Shown here one piece after another: positions 29,577-39,700 of a stretch of 64,000 nucleotides of DNA. The position numbers and the translations under genes were made by a program. How positions within the stretch are numbered: position 1 is the first letter of the stretch; each line of letters starts with the position of its first letter. The notes under the pieces were generated by a model. The model ran no database searches, had not been told where the DNA came from, and was given only the letters and a program-made list of their open reading frames with translations. Location of the stretch: NCBI GenBank assembly GCA_963764555.1, contig CAVXSW010000005.1:821264-885263 (forward strand), in the 5' to 3' direction. Source of the DNA: an uncultured Acidimicrobiales bacterium (GTDB lineage: Bacteria; Actinomycetota; Acidimicrobiia; Acidimicrobiales; RAAP-2).

Positions 29577-31520
29577 GTGACCGGCGGGATGCCCGGCCCC
29601 GGCGGAGGCGGCGACGGCGCCAGCCCGTTCCCGCCCATCGCCGACTACGGGTTCCTCTCCGACTGCGAGAACAGCTGCCTGGTGGCCCCGGGTGGCGCCG
29701 TCGAGTGGCTCTGCCTGCCCCGGCCCGACTCGCCGAGCGTCTTCGCCGCCCTGTTGGACCGCGCCGCGGGGACCTTCAACGTCAATCCGAGCAACACCCG
29801 GGTGCCGCACCAGCGCCGCTACGTCCCGGGGACCATGGTGCTCGAGACGACCTGGCACACCCTGACGGGATGGCTCGTCGTCCAGGACCTGCTGGTGGTG
29901 CGTCCTGTCTCCGACGGCGCCCGGCGAGCCGACTACCGCCGTGCCCCGGGTGACAGCGCCCCGGTCGGGACCCTTCTCCGCCTGGCCCACTGCATCGACG
30001 GCCGGGTGGAGGTCGTCGCCAACGCCGTCCCGTTGTTCGACTACGGGACGACGAACGGGACCTGGGACTACGACGGGGAGGGCTACGACCGGGTGGCCAT
30101 CGCCCACCCCGCCGGCGAGCCGCGCCTGGTGCTGACCTCCAGCCTGCGTCTCGGCATGGCCGGCCCCCGGTGCTACGGGCGGTCCAGCCTCGAGGAGGGC
30201 GAGCGGGCCTTCGTCGCCCTCTCGTGGGGCGGGCAGGAGCCGGCCTCGATCGAGGAGGCCTGCGCCCAACGGGACGAGACCGTCACCTACTGGCGCAACT
30301 GGCTGTCGACCGGCACGTTCCCCGACCACCCCTGGCGGAGCTACATCGAGCGCAGCGCCCTCACCCTGAAGGGGCTCAGCTACGCGCCGACCGGGGCCAT
30401 CATGGCCGCCGCCACCACCTCCCTCCCCGAGACCCCGGGAGGGGCGCGCAACTGGGACTACCGCTACACGTGGGTCCGCGACTCGTCCTTCATGCTGCGG
30501 TCGCTCTACCGGATCGGGTTCGCCTGGGAGGCCATCGAGTACTTCGCCTTCATCCTCGAGGCGGTGACCGGCGCCAGTCCCGACGGACCGGCGGGCACCC
30601 GCCTGCCCGGGGCCGACGCCGGCGACGGCTGGGGCCTCCAGATCATGTACGGCATCGGGGGAGAGCGCGACCTCACCGAGCACACCCTCGACCACCTGTC
30701 GGGATGGCGGGACTCGAGGCCGGTGCGGGTCGGCAACGGCGCCTGGGACCAGCACCAGAACGACGTGTGGGGGATGATCCTCGACGCCGTCGACACCCAT
30801 CTGAGACAGGCCGCCGCCCAGATCGTGCCGGCGGTGTGGGAAGGGATCACCGCGCTGGTCGACGCCGCTGCCACCCACGCCGGCGATCCCGACCAGGGGA
30901 TCTGGGAGATCCGCGGGGACCCGCAGCACTTCACCGCATCGAAGGCCCTCTGCTGGGTGGCGCTCGACCGGGGCAGCGACATGGCCCGGACCCGCCACGA
31001 CGGCGAGCGGGCCGAGCGCTGGCGCAAGGCGGCGGACGAGCTCAAGGCCGAGATCCTCGAGCGGGGGGTGGTCGACGGGCGCTTCCGCCAGCATTACGGC
31101 AACGACGAGCTCGACGCGTCGCTGCTCCTCCTGCCGATCCTCGGCTTCCTTCCCCCCGAGGACGAGCGGGTCCGAGCCACCGTGCTCGCCATCGCCGACG
31201 AGCTCACCGAGGACGGGCTGGTGCTGCGCTACCGCGTGGACATGACCGACACCGGCTTCGAGGGCCACGAGGGCACCTTCACCATCTGCTCCTTCTGGCT
31301 GGTGACGGCGCTCGCCATGGTCGGCGAGACCGAGCGGGCCCGGGCGCTGTGCCAGAAGCTGCTCTCGTTGGCGGGTCCCCTGCAGCTCTACGCCGAGGAG
31401 ATCGACACCACGACCGGCGAGCACCTGGGGAACTTCCCCCAGGCGTTCACCCACCTCGCCCTCATCGACGCCCTCGGCCGGCTCATCGAGGCGGAGGCGG
31501 AGGGGGCCCATGCCGGGTGA
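29577..31520 (+). CDS. glycoside hydrolase family 15 (trehalase/glucoamylase-like)
   Basis: PIADYGFLSDCENSCLVAPGGAVEWLCLPRPDSPSVFAALLD is the hallmark N-terminus of actinobacterial GH15 enzymes. 647 aa, intact. Confidence 0.85.
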   Translation: MTGGMPGPGGGGDGASPFPPIADYGFLSDCENSCLVAPGGAVEWLCLPRPDSPSVFAALLDRAAGTFNVNPSNTRVPHQRRYVPGTMVLETTWHTLTGWLVVQDLLVVRPVSDGARRADYRRAPGDSAPVGTLLRLAHCIDGRVEVVANAVPLFDYGTTNGTWDYDGEGYDRVAIAHPAGEPRLVLTSSLRLGMAGPRCYGRSSLEEGERAFVALSWGGQEPASIEEACAQRDETVTYWRNWLSTGTFPDHPWRSYIERSALTLKGLSYAPTGAIMAAATTSLPETPGGARNWDYRYTWVRDSSFMLRSLYRIGFAWEAIEYFAFILEAVTGASPDGPAGTRLPGADAGDGWGLQIMYGIGGERDLTEHTLDHLSGWRDSRPVRVGNGAWDQHQNDVWGMILDAVDTHLRQAAAQIVPAVWEGITALVDAAATHAGDPDQGIWEIRGDPQHFTASKALCWVALDRGSDMARTRHDGERAERWRKAADELKAEILERGVVDGRFRQHYGNDELDASLLLLPILGFLPPEDERVRATVLAIADELTEDGLVLRYRVDMTDTGFEGHEGTFTICSFWLVTALAMVGETERARALCQKLLSLAGPLQLYAEEIDTTTGEHLGNFPQAFTHLALIDALGRLIEAEAEGAHAG

Positions 31521-31568
31521 GCCACCACCGGCGCCGGAGACGCCAGGGGTGGGGCGCCACCCGATGAG

Positions 31569-32378
31569 CTAGTCCCGGCGGCCCCGGCGGCCCCGGCCTC
31601 GCCCGGCGCGGAGCTGTCGCCGCTCCCGCCACACCACCCCGGCGACGGCGCCGAGGATGATCACCACCCCGACGGCGATCAACCAGGACATGAGGGCGAA
31701 GACGACCCCGATCGGTCCGTACTTGCGGTCGTCGGAGATGATCGTGCTGGAGAAGATGAGCCGGAACACCAGCTCCATGCCGATCCAGCAGACGGCGGTG
31801 GCCAGGGCGGAGGGGAAGAGGTCCGGCCAGCCCACCCGCCCGCCGAGCAGGAACCACATGGTGAACCACCAGAACGGGGTCAGCAGCACGAAGGCGGCGA
31901 CGGTGAACAGGACCGGACCACCACCCGAGTGGACGTGCGGCCCCGCCCAACCGGCCAGCACGCCGACCCCGACGACGGCGGCGAGCCAGACCAGACGGCG
32001 GAGCACGTCGCGCATCCCCCGGGCCGCCAACCCGAAGGCCCGCTCGTAGAGGTCCTGCACGGCGGTGGCGGCGGCCACACCGCCGAGGACGAACAGTGCG
32101 TAGCCGGCTCCACTGATCGTGCTGGAGGTGGCATGGGCCGAGGTGAACAGACGGCTGACGTCGGCGGCCGCCTGCTGGTTGAGACCGAACCGGCGGACCA
32201 GCCCGGTCACCGTCGACCGGCCGGCGAGGGCGTTCGCCACGATGAGGAACGGGAAGAAGCAGAGCAGCAGGACCGACGCGAACAGCATGCCCTTGTTGAC
32301 CACGTCCATCTCGTCGAGCCGCTTCCAGAGGCTCTCGGCCGACGAGCCGGCGTAGTAGCGGTCCTGGGCGGCGCGCAC
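31569..32378 (-). CDS. YihY/BrkB (virulence factor BrkB / RNase BN-like) family membrane protein
   Basis: Polytopic membrane protein: MLFASVLLLCFFPFLIVANAL...YALFVLGG...YGPIGVVFALMSWLIAVG. Start uncertain (GTG 32378 chosen). Confidence 0.65.
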   Translation of the reverse strand: MRAAQDRYYAGSSAESLWKRLDEMDVVNKGMLFASVLLLCFFPFLIVANALAGRSTVTGLVRRFGLNQQAAADVSRLFTSAHATSSTISGAGYALFVLGGVAAATAVQDLYERAFGLAARGMRDVLRRLVWLAAVVGVGVLAGWAGPHVHSGGGPVLFTVAAFVLLTPFWWFTMWFLLGGRVGWPDLFPSALATAVCWIGMELVFRLIFSSTIISDDRKYGPIGVVFALMSWLIAVGVVIILGAVAGVVWRERRQLRAGRGRGRRGRRD

Positions 32379-32509
32379 CCCGTAGCCGACGCGCTGTCCG
32401 GCACGCCGCGTGAGGCGCGGGTCGCCGGTCGGGCTCTCCTCGACGGCTGGTCGGTCCTCCCCGGCCGCCGGCTGGGGGGAGGGAGGCGGGCGGGGCCGCC
32501 GCTCTGGGT

Positions 32510-32668
32510 TCAGCGACGCTCCCGGCTCGGCATGAGCGCACCGATGAACCAGAACAGCGGCAGGAAGATGCCGATGATGAACATCACCCAGTGGCCCTTC
32601 CGGATCGAGATGATGCCGAGGGTGACCAACAGCAAGAAGTAGATGAGACCCGCGATGCCGTATCTCAT
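32510..32668 (-). CDS. small hydrophobic membrane protein (52 aa)
   Basis: MRYGIAGLIYFLLLVTLGIISIRKGHWVMFIIGIFLPLFWFIGALMPSRERR. Two TM helices, high third-position GC, AAAGG upstream. Confidence 0.5.
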   Translation of the reverse strand: MRYGIAGLIYFLLLVTLGIISIRKGHWVMFIIGIFLPLFWFIGALMPSRERR

Positions 32669-32865
32669 GTCGACAACTACCTTTCGAGCAGGCGGACCGA
32701 CGTCGTCGGTCGCCGGGGCCGCCGGGCCGCTCATTGTATCCCCGGCTCCTCGCCTCCCCGGGTCCGCCGTCGGTGGTCGTCCTGGCAGGGTGGGGTGCCG
32801 AGGCCGTAGGGTCCATCGACGACGGAGCCCGGGTGGAGAGCCCGGCCCGACGGAGAGGACATGCG

Positions 32866-33534
32866 ATGGGCGATCTGCTGCTGGCCGAAGAACGAGAGGC
32901 GGTGGCCGCCGCCAGCCGGCACCTGGCCGAGGCGGGGTTGGTCATCGGCACCGCCGGCAACATCTCGGCGCGCAAGGACGACCTGGTCGCCGTCACCCCG
33001 ACCGGGGCCGACCTCGCCGACGTCACCGCCGAGATGGTGACCGTCATCGACCTCGTCGGGGACGTGGTGGACGGCGATCTCGCCCCGACGTCGGAGGTCC
33101 CGCTCCACACCGGGATCTACCGGGCCACCGACGCCCGGGCCATCACCCATGCCCATGCCATGGCCTCGACCGCCCTGTCCTGCACCCACGACGAGCTGCC
33201 CGCCCTCCACTACAGCTGCCTCGGCCTCGGAGGAGCGCCCCGCACCGCGGCCTACGCCACCTTCGGCAGCCAGGAGCTGGCCGACAACGTCGTCGAGGCG
33301 CTCAAGGGCCGGAACGCCGCCATGATGCAGAACCACGGCTCGGTGGCCTACGCCTCCAAGATGAGCGATGCCATCGAGCGCCTGGAGCTGCTCGAGTGGC
33401 TGGCCGAGCTCTACTGGCGGGCCTCTTCGATGGGAACGCCGCGGGTCCTCACCGACAAGGACTTCGAGGCCATCATCGTCTCGGCCATGGAGCGCGGCTA
33501 CGGCAGCCTGAAGAAGGCCGACAAGAAGCCCTGA
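32866..33534 (+). CDS. class II aldolase/adducin family protein
   Basis: GTAGNISAR...TPTG...SEVPLHTGIY...AITHAHA. Zinc-aldolase motifs. GGAGAGG SD. Confidence 0.8.
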   Translation: MGDLLLAEEREAVAAASRHLAEAGLVIGTAGNISARKDDLVAVTPTGADLADVTAEMVTVIDLVGDVVDGDLAPTSEVPLHTGIYRATDARAITHAHAMASTALSCTHDELPALHYSCLGLGGAPRTAAYATFGSQELADNVVEALKGRNAAMMQNHGSVAYASKMSDAIERLELLEWLAELYWRASSMGTPRVLTDKDFEAIIVSAMERGYGSLKKADKKP

Positions 33535-33543
33535 CCCGACCCT

Positions 33544-34752
33544 TCAGCGGGCCAGGTGGGCTCCGGCCGACCCCATGAGGAACAAGAAGTTGTCCACGTA
33601 GAACTGGCGGCGCACGTCCTCGCCGGCGTCCCCGAGGGACGCCTCGAACCGCTCGATCGGCTTGCGGCCGCCTTCCACGTGGGGGTAGTCGGAGGAGAAC
33701 ATCGGGAGGTCGGCACCCCCCTGCTCGATGATCCACCCCACGTCCTCGGTGGGGTAGGGGGTGAAGCGGACCTGGCGGTGCACGTAGTCCGACGGCCGCA
33801 TCGACAGGGACTGCAGGCGCTCCTCGTGGCGGGCGAACGCCTCGAAGGCCGACTCCATCTGGCGCAGCCATGAGGGGACCCAGATCGCACCCTGCTCGAT
33901 CACCCCGATCCGCAGCTCGGGGAACTGTTCGAGCACGCCGTCGAAGATCATGGTGGCGAGGGTCTGGGCGGGCGGAACGGGGATGCCCATGTAGTCGACC
34001 GAGCGGAAGTTCTCGTCGCCGCCGTGGAAGTCGTGGGGGACCGGCAGGCCGTTCACGAAGTAGTGCGGGTCGACCAAGGGGCCGGTCCCGCCGACGTGGA
34101 AGACCACCGGAACCCCGGCTTCGGAGGCCCGGGCCCACACTCCGAAGAGGTCGCGGTGGCTCGGCGAGAACGAGGGCGGGCACCCCGAGGCCACCAGCAA
34201 CGCAGCCGCACCCTGATCCAGCGCCTCGTCGGCGGCGCGGACGGCCCGCTCGGCATCGGCGAGGGGGACGTAGCAGCTCGGCAGCAGCCGCCGGTCGACC
34301 GAGCAGAACTCGACCATGCCGCGGTTGTGCGCCCGGGCGGCCGCATAGGCCAGATCGAGGTCGGACGCGTGCTCGAGGTCGTGCAGCCGGCCGTTGTGGA
34401 AGGTGTTGAAGACGAGCTGGCTGCTGAAGCCCAGCAGGTCGAGGGCCCGGGGCCGGTCCTCGGCGATGAACCCACCGGTGGCGGCGAAGTTCTTGCGCGC
34501 CATGATCTCGGCCGCCTCGTCGGCCCGGTACTCCTCGGAGGCGTGTCTGGCCCGCAGCCGGTCGAACGCCGCCACCAGGTCGCGCCGCTGCTCCTCGGGG
34601 CTGCCGGTCTGGCGCAGCTCGTTGCCGCCCGGGTAGTTCAGGACGGGTAGGTCGTCCCGGTACTTCGCCTCGGCATGGTCTCGCAGCCACATCGGTGTCT
34701 CCATGATGTGGGCGTCGGCGTCGTGGACGATCCGGCCTACGGCGTACGGCAT
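33544..34752 (-). CDS. amidohydrolase-2 family metal-dependent hydrolase
   Basis: 402 aa, intact. N-terminal HDADAHIMETP motif and general ACMSD-like layout. Confidence 0.7.
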   Translation of the reverse strand: MPYAVGRIVHDADAHIMETPMWLRDHAEAKYRDDLPVLNYPGGNELRQTGSPEEQRRDLVAAFDRLRARHASEEYRADEAAEIMARKNFAATGGFIAEDRPRALDLLGFSSQLVFNTFHNGRLHDLEHASDLDLAYAAARAHNRGMVEFCSVDRRLLPSCYVPLADAERAVRAADEALDQGAAALLVASGCPPSFSPSHRDLFGVWARASEAGVPVVFHVGGTGPLVDPHYFVNGLPVPHDFHGGDENFRSVDYMGIPVPPAQTLATMIFDGVLEQFPELRIGVIEQGAIWVPSWLRQMESAFEAFARHEERLQSLSMRPSDYVHRQVRFTPYPTEDVGWIIEQGGADLPMFSSDYPHVEGGRKPIERFEASLGDAGEDVRRQFYVDNFLFLMGSAGAHLAR

Positions 34753-34826
34753 GTGAATCCGCCCCCGCGTCGTGCTGGGTTGCCAGCTGGTGGCCGCATG
34801 CTACCGGGCGGTGGCAGGATGCCTTC

Positions 34827-35717
34827 ATGCGGGTCGGCCTGCACGCTCTCGGCATCGGACCGGGTGCCGATCCCGCGGTCATCGGGTCGGTCGCCCGGGC
34901 GGCCGACGCGGCCGGGTTCGCGACCCTCTGGGCGGGGGAGCACGTGGTCATGGTCGACCGGCCGGACACCCCCTACCCCTACGCCGAGGACGGGCGCATC
35001 GCCGTCCCGTCCGACGCCGCCTGGCTCGATCCGATGGTCCTGTTGGGCTACGTGGCGGCGCTCACCTCACGGATCCGGATCGCCACCGGGATCCTGCTCC
35101 TGCCCCAGCACCATCCGCTGGTGGTGGCCAAGCAGGCGGCGAGCCTCGACATCCTGACCGGCGGGCGGCTCGCCCTCGGAGTGGGCATCGGCTGGTCCCG
35201 CGAGGAGTTCGGCTCCCTCGGGGTCCCCTTCGGCGGCCGGGCGAGGAGGACCCGTGAGTACGTGGAGGTGATGCGGACAATCTGGCGTGACGACCCCGCT
35301 TCCTACGACGGGGAGTTCGTCCGCTTCGAGGCGGTGCGCAGCCATCCCAAGCCGGTCCGGCCCGGAGGCGTCCCGGTCATCCTCGGCGGGAACAGCGACG
35401 CCGCCCTGGAGCGGGTCGCCGCCTACGGCGACGGCTGGTACGGCTTCAACCTCGAACGGGCCGAGCTGGGTCCGCGCATCGAGGAGCTGCGCTCGCAGTG
35501 CCGCCGCGCCGGCCGCGACCCGGCCGGTCTGGACATCGCCGTCTCGCTGCAGGAGGCCACTCCGGCGGACGCCGCCGACGTGGCCGAGCTGGGTGTCTCC
35601 GAGCTGGTGGTCGTGGGGTCACCGCCGCCCGAGCCGGGCGATGCCGGCGAGTGGGTCAGATCGCTGGCCGGGGAGTGGGGCGTCGTGCCGCGGGGCGGTC
35701 CCCACCCGAGGCCCTAG
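34827..35717 (+). CDS. LLM-class F420-dependent oxidoreductase (luciferase-like)
   Basis: FATLWAGEHVV...LLLPQHHPLVVAKQAASLDILTGGRLALGVGIGWSREEF, typical of the F420-dependent LLM subfamily. Confidence 0.85.
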   Translation: MRVGLHALGIGPGADPAVIGSVARAADAAGFATLWAGEHVVMVDRPDTPYPYAEDGRIAVPSDAAWLDPMVLLGYVAALTSRIRIATGILLLPQHHPLVVAKQAASLDILTGGRLALGVGIGWSREEFGSLGVPFGGRARRTREYVEVMRTIWRDDPASYDGEFVRFEAVRSHPKPVRPGGVPVILGGNSDAALERVAAYGDGWYGFNLERAELGPRIEELRSQCRRAGRDPAGLDIAVSLQEATPADAADVAELGVSELVVVGSPPPEPGDAGEWVRSLAGEWGVVPRGGPHPRP

Positions 35718-36198
35718 CCGCAGACCGATCGGCATCGCCCACTCCCACCGGGAGCCCAGGTCCCCCGACCGGCGCCGGTCCCACTCCGGCCCGGCCGTGG
35801 TACTCGTGCGAACTCGTGCGCAGGGCCTCCACCACCGGTGGGATGAGGAAGTACGGACTGTGGAATTCCCGACGGTTCATGGCCAGGAGGACCATGTCCG
35901 AACCGGCGACGATCGTCTCGGTACCGGGCTGGCCGGTCGACAACGAGGTTTCGCCGAAGCAGGCGCCGAGCCCGAGCACCTCCAGGTTCCCGTCCCGGTG
36001 CCGGGCCACCGCGGTGCCCGACACCACCACGAGGAGCTGATGCGCGGGCCGACCGTCGCGGACCAGGACCGTGCCGCTCTCCACGTGCACGCACGTGGTG
36101 TACGAGGCAATGCGGCGGCGCTGACGTCGCGAACAGCAGGCGAAGAGCGGTACGCCCCGCAGCAGATCGGTCCGCCGATTGGACCAGCCGATGTTCAT
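35656..36198 (-). CDS. cyclic nucleotide-binding domain protein
   Basis: LLRGVPLF...GTVLVRDGRPAHQLLVVVSGTA...FGETSL is a cNMP-binding fold signature. ATG 36198 lies 7 nt after AGGAGGA. The 3' end is uncertain (low-complexity tail overlaps the convergent LLM gene by about 60 nt). Confidence 0.65.
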   Translation of the reverse strand: MNIGWSNRRTDLLRGVPLFACCSRRQRRRIASYTTCVHVESGTVLVRDGRPAHQLLVVVSGTAVARHRDGNLEVLGLGACFGETSLSTGQPGTETIVAGSDMVLLAMNRREFHSPYFLIPPVVEALRTSSHEYHGRAGVGPAPVGGPGLPVGVGDADRSAARASGGDRPAARRPTPRPAI

Positions 36199-36202
36199 GG
36201 TT

Positions 36203-36276
36203 CTGTCCTCCTGTGTCCTTGTGTCCTTGTGTCCTTGTGTCCTTGTGTCCTTGTGTCCTTGTGTCCTTGTGTCCCT
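36203..36276. repeat. octanucleotide microsatellite (AAGGACAC on the coding strand): 7 perfect plus 2 imperfect copies
   Basis: gtgtcctt x7 at 36213-36268, gtgtccct at 36269-36276, and a degenerate copy overlapping the SD (tcctcct 36206-36212). Confidence 0.95.
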
Positions 36277-36728
36277 GTTTCCCAACGGGCTGTGCCTGCT
36301 GCCGGTTGCGTTCGGTCTCGACGCCGGGCCCGGGGGTGCGGCCGGAATCGCCGCTTCCCCGGGCCGGTGGGCGCCGATCAGGCCGATCCCGATTCCGCCG
36401 GTGTCGGATGACCCGTTCCGCCGGTATCGGGTGTCCGGCTCGGGAAGGAGGGCCTGAATGTGTGGCGAGCGAGCCGTGGGGCCCGGATCACCGGTGTCTT
36501 CGCATTTCTCGTTGATGGCATCGGAACCGTCCCCGTGCTCGCCGTCGGTCATCCCCATTGATGTCCGGCCCGGTTGCGGATCGGTTGCGCCCCTGGTGCA
36601 GAGCATCCGGGGTCGACGCCGGGATCGGCACCGGGCGGCGCAATGGGCCTTCCAGGCGGAACGGGTGGGCCCGGGCCGGCGTGTCTAGGCTTGGCGCCGC
36701 AGGCGGCTCGAGGACAGGGGGCGGCGGC

Positions 36729-39700
36729 GTGTACTTCCGGCTGCTCGGGCCCTTCGAGGTCCATGATGGCGAGGTTCCCGTCCCGATCGGGGCGTACCGC
36801 CAGCGCGCCGTGCTCGCTCTGCTCGCCATCCATGCGGGCCAGGTGCTGTCGCCTGACCGGATCATCGACGAGATCTGGTCCGGTTCTCCGCCGCCTTCCG
36901 CGTTGAAGACCCTCCACGCCTACGTTTCGCGCCTGCGGAAGGCGCTCGACGGCCGCGTTGGTCACGGCCGGGACCTGCTGATGAGCCGCCACTCGGGGTA
37001 CGTGCTGGCCATCGACGGGGCCCGGATCGACGCCGTGTGCTTCGAGCGCGTGGTGGACGAGTCCTCGCAGGCGCTGTCGGACAGTCGCCCCGAGGAGGCG
37101 GCTGCCCGGCTCCGCGAGGCCCTCGGCTTGTGGCGGGGGCCGCCTCTCGCCGACTTCACCTACGAGACCTTCGCCGCCAATGAGTCCCATCGCTTGACGG
37201 AACGGCGGTTCGAGGCGGTCGAGCTGCGCATCGAGGCCGATCTGGCCCTGGCCCGGCATTCGGCGCTGGTGGCGGAGCTCGAAGGTCTGGTCGCGGAGCA
37301 CCCCACCCGCGAACGGCTGTGGGCACAGCTCATGACCGCCCTGTACCGATCGGGTCGTCAGGCCGATGCCCTCGGCGCCTACGGGCGGGTGCGGCACGCC
37401 CTCGTCGAAGAGCTCGGGCTCGAGCCCGGTCCCGAGCTGCGCCGGCTCGAGCAGCAGGTCCTCGAACAGTCGGCCGATCTGGCGTGGCGGCCCGTCGGTC
37501 GGCGGGAAGGACGGGAGCGTCGTCCGGACGCTGCCACCGGGGCGGGGCTCGTCCCCGACGACGCCGCGGTCGATAGCCCGCACTCCGGGCACCGCGGTCG
37601 TCCGCCTCGCCACCCCGCCCTCGATCTCATGCCTCTGGTCGGTCGGCAGACCCACCTCCGGCGGTTCGACGACCTGCTGGCGGGAGCGGGCCCCGACCGG
37701 GTGCCCGACCTGGTCCTCGTCACCGGGGAGCCGGGCATCGGAAAGAGCCGGTTGCTGGCCGAGTTCTCGCGGCGGGCTCGGGCGGCGGGCGCGCTCGTCG
37801 CCGTCGGCTCCGCCGGGCGGGAGTCGTCACTGCCGTTCGGGCCCTTCGCCCACATGATCCGGACAATCCTCGAGGCGACCGGACCGGCGACGATGGAGCG
37901 GTCCGGTCACCTCCGTGCCGATCTGGCGTGGCTGCTGCCCGAGCTCGGGCCGCGCCCGGCGACGGGTGGGCGGGACCTGGCGTTGGCGCGGACCCGGCTG
38001 GCCGAAGCCGTCCTGCAGTTCCTGGCCGGAGCCGGGTCGGGCGAGCCGCTGGTGCTGGCCGTCGACGACGCCCAGGGCATGGGCGAGGGCACCTTCTCGC
38101 TGGTGCACGCCCTTCTCGACCGCGAATGGTCCCGTCCGGTCGTGGTGATCCTCGCCGTCAGGACCGAGGGGACGTCGCGGCGGGCCGATCGAGACGGCGT
38201 CGTCGACCTGCTCCGGCGGGAGCGCGCCCGCCTTATCGAGCTCGGGCGGCTGTCGGCGACCGACCTCACCGCGCTCGTCGAGCGATCGGGCATCCCGGGC
38301 GCCGGGACGGACGTCGGACGCCTCGCCGTGTCACTCCGGGAGCAGACCGCCGGCATCCCGTTGCTGGTGCGGGAGGTCCTTGCCGAGGGGACCCTTCCGG
38401 CCCCGGGGACCGAGCATCGCGGCCTCGCCGCCGGACCCGTCTCTCCGTTGATCGGGGAAGTCATCGGCAGGCACCTCCGCGGGCTGCCCACCGAGGTGCT
38501 GCGGTCGCTCGAGGTCGCCGCGGTTATCGGACCGAGCTTCGCGGCGGGGCTCGTCGGCGTCCTGTGTGGCCGGCCGGTGGCGGAGACCACCGATCAGCTG
38601 GACCGTGCCTTCCGCGCCGGCATCGTCGTGGAGACCGGCGATCCGGACGAGTGGGCCTTCGACCACACGCTCCTGCGCGACGTGATCCTGGCTCAGCTGC
38701 CGTCGGGACGACAGGCGCGCCTGCACGGCCGGGTGGCCAACGAGCTCGGCGCACGAGGATCCGCGGTGGAAGCCGCGCGTCACGGCCTGCTGGCCTATAC
38801 CGATGTCAGCGCGGGGGACGCCGCCGAACTGGTGGTCGAGGGGTCCGACCGGGCGCTGGCCGCCCTCGACTTCGAGTCGGCCCGTCAGCTGTGTTCCGAG
38901 GCCCTGGCCGGGCCCGCCGCAGGACTCAGCCCGGCGATCCGGGCCCAGCTTCTGGCGCGCCTCGGACGGGCGCAGTCACTAATGGGTGAGACCGGGGAGG
39001 CGGAGCGGTCCTGGGCCGCCGCCGCCGAGCAGGCCCGCCTGGCCGGGGGCGACGAGACACTGGCTCGCATCGCGCTCAGCACGGACACGATCGGGTCGGT
39101 CAACACCGGGTCGTCGGACCTGCGCTGGAACCTGCTGGCCGAGGCGCTGGAGCGGACGGGACCAGGCTGGAGCCCGCTGCGCCTGCTCGTGGCCAGTCAG
39201 TGGGCGCTCGAAGCGTCCATGCCCAACCGGGGGGTCCTGTCGCTGGGATTCGTGGAGGAGGTGGTCGAGGCCGCCGGCGAGCTCGGGGATCCCTATGCCC
39301 TGGCCGCCGTCTATGACGCGCGCCTCTCCATGGCCCGCGGCAGACTGCTGCCCGACCGGCGCCGCTGGTCGGACGAGCTCCGCGCTCTTGCCGAGGACCT
39401 CGATGCCGACGAGTGGCTCTTCCGGGCCCATCTCGACCGCCTGGTCGGAGCGGCCGAGGATGCGGACGGTCCGGCCCTGGACCGTGCACTCGACCAGCTG
39501 CGGGAGACCTGCGCCCGCTACCGGGTCCCCCACGCGCTCTGGATCTTCGAGCTGGCCTCGGCGACCTGTGCCCGGTTGCGGGGGGCGTTCGACATCGCCG
39601 ACGAGCACATGCTCGCCGCGGCTCGGCTGGGGGACCGCCACGGGATCGCCGACAGCGGTCCGGCCCAGGGTGCCGGGGTGTTCCTCGCCGCCTATCACCG

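Noticed and set aside
27861-31511. 1216-aa minus-strand ORF antisense to xylB and the GH15 gene
   Set aside because: Same reasoning: antisense to genes with strong family signatures, a compositionally biased product, and no SD or start context.
36179-36515. Plus-strand ORFs translating the octamer array into CVLVSLCP repeats
   Set aside because: They are products of reading the microsatellite. They have no SD and lie opposite the SD and start of the cNMP-binding gene.
36458-36688. Ser/Pro/Cys-rich 76-aa ORF as a RiPP (lanthipeptide-like) precursor
   Set aside because: No dehydratase, cyclase, protease or dedicated exporter lies nearby, and the coding potential is itself doubtful. It is retained only as a possible leader ORF.
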